Below, piece by piece: positions 59,601 to 64,000 of a DNA stretch of 64,000 nucleotides. The position numbers and the translations under genes were made by a program. Source of the DNA: the human T2T-CHM13v2.0 reference genome, Homo sapiens; assembly GCF_009914755.1 (NCBI RefSeq), contig NC_060926.1. One strand, 5' to 3'. The notes beneath the pieces were generated by a model. The model ran no database searches. It saw nothing but the letters and a program-made list of their open reading frames with translations, and had not been told where the DNA came from. Position 1 is the first letter of the stretch; each line of letters opens with the position of its first letter.

Positions 59601-60437
59601 CCAGGTTGATTCTTTCCCTGACACAAAACAGGCACTATGGGCAAAGACACCTGCAGCCTTAGAGAGACCAGAGATGCTGGATGTTTCCTGTTAGCACTCA
59701 GGAAAGCTCAGAGCCTTTGATGAGCATCTTTTGATCCATGAGTTAAAACCACGCTGGGTTCTTTATAGTGGTTAGTTAGCTCTGGGCTATGGGATTGTGG
59801 AAGACATTTATTTCTTCTTTGGATTCACCTGGATTTTCTGCAACGGACATGTATCGATAAAATACATGGTGCTTTTAAGAAATTGCCCCATCATCATGTT
59901 GCTGTTGTTGTTATTGATATTGTTGTTTCTGATGGATAGAGATCTAGGCCTGACACTCCAAGCAGTGTGAACAGCATTTACCTTGATAAGCATTCTTACA
60001 TCTTAACTCTCGGGAATTTTAAATAGAAGTGTTCCGTGTGATTAAATTAACAGGTTTAGAGATGAGTGTCCTGGTTATTTCCTTTGTTCTCCTCCTGGTA
60101 GCTGCCTGCACTCACAGCATGTTGGGAATGGTGATTATAAATGTAACCATGCTCTCTTCTTGTAAGTGGAGAGCCCAGGTACCTCTTATCCAGCATGTGA
60201 CCCTCTTTCTACCTCAGGATAGTCATACTCTTAGGCTTCCTGGATTTATTCAGGGCCAAAGGAGTGGTCAAGGTCCTTTTTGTTTTGCCCTATTCCCTTT
60301 GGAAAACATTTAGTTTCTGCCCATGTTACAGATTGCAAAATACAGGCACATATTCTCACTAATGTGGTCTGCATGTCCCTTTGCAAGGACATGCAATGTG
60401 ACTTCACTACTCCTTTCATCAAGAAAAGGAGCCTCTT

Positions 60438-60749
60438 GGTCGGGCGCGGTGGCTCACGCCTGTAATCCCAGCACTTTGGGAGGCCAAGGCAGGCGGATCA
60501 CGAGGTCAGGAGATGGAGACCATCCTGGCTAACACAGTGAAACACAGTCTCTACTAAAAAATACAACAACAACAAAAAAAATTAGCCGAGCGTGGTGGTA
60601 GGTGCCTGTAGTCTCAGCTACTTGGGAGCCTGAGGCAGGAGAATGGCGTGAACCCAGGAGGCAGAGCTTGCAGTGAGCCTAGATCGTGCCACTGCACTCC
60701 AGCCTGGGCAACAGAGCGAGATTCTGACTCAAAAAAAAAAAAAAAAAAA
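60438..60749 (+). mobile_element. AluY-like element inserted in an MLT1 LTR (~60325-61095)
   Basis: 17-bp TSD AAGAAAAGGAGCCTCTT (60421-60437, 60750-60766). Confidence 0.9.
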
Positions 60750-61534
60750 AAGAAAAGGAGCCTCTTTGCCTCTTTACCCTAATCTGGGCAAGCCTTGCAA
60801 CCTGATTTGCCAAAAAAATATGAAGGAAGCAATGTGATGTGATTTTCCAGGCTAGAATGTAAGAAGCCTTGGAGCTTCTGCTTTTATTGTCTTCAGATGC
60901 TGCCTGAAACCACTGTAAGAAGCTCTAACCTACTGGAGGATAAGGGGTGAGCCCAAGAGCATCAAGGCTCCCATCAACAGCCAGTCCTGTGAGTGAGGCC
61001 ATCTTGGACCTGCCAGCTCAGTAAACCCTTTTGCCGAACACAGCCCAAGGAAGGAACCCTTGCAAAATGAAATCATGTGGTCAGTTTGCGGGGTGGTTAT
61101 TACACAGCAGTAGATGATTGAAAAGGCCCAGTGTCTTCCTGGGGACTGAAACACCCACCTCCTGTTCATGTTGATACACGGTGAGCAGCATATGGATGTG
61201 GGAGTGGTGTTGGTTGCAGGTGAGGTAGAGAAGCAGTGAACAGAGCACGAAGACCTGATGTTCCAGGGTCGGGAGTTTAGACTTGATCCTAAGAGCGGCC
61301 ATAGGCGGATTTAGGCAAGAGAGTAACATGGTCAGATTTTCCTTTTAGAAAGTTACTCTGACATCCATGTGGAAAATGAACTTGAAGGTCACAAGGCTGA
61401 TGGAGCCAGGAAGACCATTTGGGAGGTGATTGTAGTAATCTACTTAAGAGTTCATTACGAGCTGGGGAATGGGGAGGTGTTAGAGAAGAGAAAATGGATT
61501 TGAAAAGCTGAGGGATGTTAAAAAGGCAAAACTG

Positions 61535-61843
<309 letters not shown>

Positions 61844-62779
61844 CGGAAAATTGTTGGGACTTGTAATTAATTGGGTGAGGAAACTGAGTGGCAAATGGTC
61901 TCAGCTCTACACATGGAGAGCCCTGGGGACATAGGGAGAGCACATTTGGAAGGAAAGATGATGATTTTAGTTCTTAAAATTTTGTTTGTGGAGGAGGCAT
62001 TCAGACAGAGAATTCTTTTGGGCAGTTTTATGTAGAGAACTACATCTAAGGAGGTCAGAAGTGAACTTCAATAAAATTGAGGTGACCAATGATCATCAGT
62101 TTTAAAGAGGACATATTTTCTTTTTCTGTTAAAGGGAACACACCTATGAGTCAGAAAGCCAGACTTTTATTTTTTCTCGCCAAAGGTTATTGTACAACCT
62201 ACAGAAGAGAGTGTAAACACTGGTCTTTAAGATGAATTGTAAAGCTCTAAAGAGAATAAGAAAAATTGTGTTTCATGATTTATGATGGATAACATTTTAG
62301 AGTTGATTTCATAAGAGAATTCGTTAAGCCAATAGACAACCATGGCATTTTAACTGTAGTGTTTAAGTATCTTTAGCTCTGATTTTTTAATTAGCAGAAG
62401 CAAATAAAGAGAGCTTCGTTTTAACCATGAGAAATCTCTCTTCTGTATTTCATGTGACTAAATTTGTCCAGATGCTGAAGTTCAAATAATCACAGTGATT
62501 GCCAATATAATGGTTAATTTCCTGAGAAGTAAGTTCATGCTTTGCCACAGTTTGCTCCCCTGTAAGATCAGACAGAAAAATAAGAATAAAACCGACTAAT
62601 AGCTATTGATTGCCTCTGGAACAGCTATCAATATAAAGAGCCAGACAAAACACATAATAAAGAATTGTGTTAGTGCCAGAGAGACTTTAGAGATCATTTG
62701 CCCATCTCTTTACCTTCTCCCACTTCTTTCTGTCCCTCCACCCCACCAGCTCTGGTACAGACACACAGGATATTAGTAA

Positions 62780-63010
62780 AGGATAGTATTTGTTGAGAGC
62801 CTTTTGCGTGTCAGGCACTGCTTCTAAACGTTGTATAATACCAGCTCATTCAATCTTCAGATCAATGCTATACAGTAGGTACTCTTCTTCTTTTTTTTTT
62901 TTTTTAAATTTTACAGCTGAGGGACTGAGGTATGGAGAGGTTAGGTAACTTGTTCAAGGACACCAAGCCAGTCAGGCTGCCACTGGACCTAAGACAAGGT
63001 AACCTGGCTC
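62780..63010. mobile_element. MIR
   Basis: attttacagctgagggactgagg...gaggttaggtaacttgttcaagg core. Confidence 0.75.
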
Positions 63011-63179
63011 TGAGACCAACCCCACAGAGAAGTATGTGGATGCTGACAACACTGTAGGAAGTTACAAGGAGCAAAAGAATAGCAGCCTCAGCCCTGAATT
63101 CCACTGTAAGCTTCCCTCTAATCTTCCCTGCCTCACTCTCAATCAAATAAAGAGCTGATCAGGAAGCAACTATGCACGG

Positions 63180-63961
63180 TCTCCACAGTCTCTTATCTTA
63201 ACCCAGACTCTCCTTTCTATTGATAGCAGGTCTGTAGATAATAATTCTTTCAACCAATTGACAATCAGAAAATCTTTGAATCTATCTATGACCTGTAAGC
63301 CCCATTACTTTGAATTTTCCTCCTTCCAGACCAAACCAATGCAGACCAAACCAATGCAGAACTCCTATGTGCTGATGGTGGTCTTACATTTCCCTAAGTT
63401 TCTGCCGACTAAACTGTGCACACGTTCTCAGGACCTCCTGAAGCTGCGTCACAGGCACTAATCAAAGAACACAACCAAGGTGAGTCTCAATCATTTCAAG
63501 AAATCTATTTGCAAGGTTAAGGACACACCTGAGAAAAGAACAGAGAACCACAGGAAAAACTGTGGTCCGTGCTTTTCCCAAAGGTTGTCTGGGGACCTCA
63601 GTAAGTAAAGGGGAAAAGTGCGGGTATTGGGGAAAGGGGAAGAAGTGGAAAAAATGGGTGTGGGTAAATCAGAGGCAAATGGTTGCATTCTTCTGTCTTT
63701 GGTCAGCGTTCACTGAATACACATTTTGCATGCGATGGAGGTAGAGGCAGGGATGTAGCTTTTTTGTCTTTGTGTAATAGCTATCTTATTTAGGAACCAG
63801 ATGGGAAGCAGGTTTGCATAAACCAGTTCCCAGCTTGGCTTTTCCCTTTGGCTTAGTGAGTCTGGGGTCCCAGGATTTATTTTCCGTTCTCACAGGTTGT
63901 GGTCCTCACATTTGGCTCAAAATATTCAAATTTTTTCCAGAGTTTGGCCTTTTCTTCAGCA
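63180..63961. mobile_element. ERV1-class LTR (MER34/MER39-like) interrupted by an opposite-orientation MER4-like LTR (~63458-63893)
   Basis: cttatcttaacccagac..caaccaattgacaatcagaaaatctttgaatc; outer LTR resumes at cacatttggctcaaaat...cagagtttggccttttc; inner has tctcaatc..gcaaggttaaggac and ggggtcccaggatttattttcc..tcaca. Confidence 0.7.
63330..63479 (+). ncRNA. Putative LTR-derived lncRNA exon (150 bp)
   Basis: tttcctccttccag|ACCAAA...ACCAAG|gtgagt (strong donor). Confidence 0.7.
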
Positions 63962-64000
63962 CTGGGAATTGTGATCCAAAGCTTTTCCTGATGAAGCACA
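63941..64000 (+). ncRNA. Start of a putative downstream lncRNA exon (runs off window)
   Basis: aattttttccag|AGTTTGG acceptor after a 461-nt intron. Confidence 0.55.

Overview
Human genomic DNA (a consensus-like AluYa5 is present) from a subtelomeric-type segmental-duplication mosaic. No intact protein-coding gene is supported. In order: (1) a partial unprocessed FBXO25 copy on + with three exons, intact GT-AG sites and a 1-nt frameshift in the first; (2) an abrupt junction near 23.55 kb into a 5' fragment of a processed capicua pseudogene (CICP, - strand); (3) a SEPTIN14 terminal-exon duplicon on +; (4) about 36 kb of repeat-rich sequence (Alu, L1, L2, MIR, MaLR/ERV LTRs) holding four splice-competent non-coding exons. 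From memory, this order resembles the 2q37.3 LINC01881/CICP10/SEPTIN14P2 arrangement, but paralogues exist on several chromosomes, so the locus needs alignment to confirm. The most interesting signal is that the last FBXO25 exon and the SEPTIN14 exon are both phase 0, giving a germline-encoded in-frame FBXO25::SEPT14 junction that is silenced here only by the upstream 1-nt deletion. Other notable items are a young 5'-truncated AluYa5 with TSDs, a perfect 53-bp-arm AT-rich palindrome, an ABAB 51-bp minisatellite, a palindromic AT VNTR next to a splice acceptor, and exons built from nested LTRs. I see no evidence of a wholly new biological system. Gene and repeat family names come from recalled sequences, not a database search.
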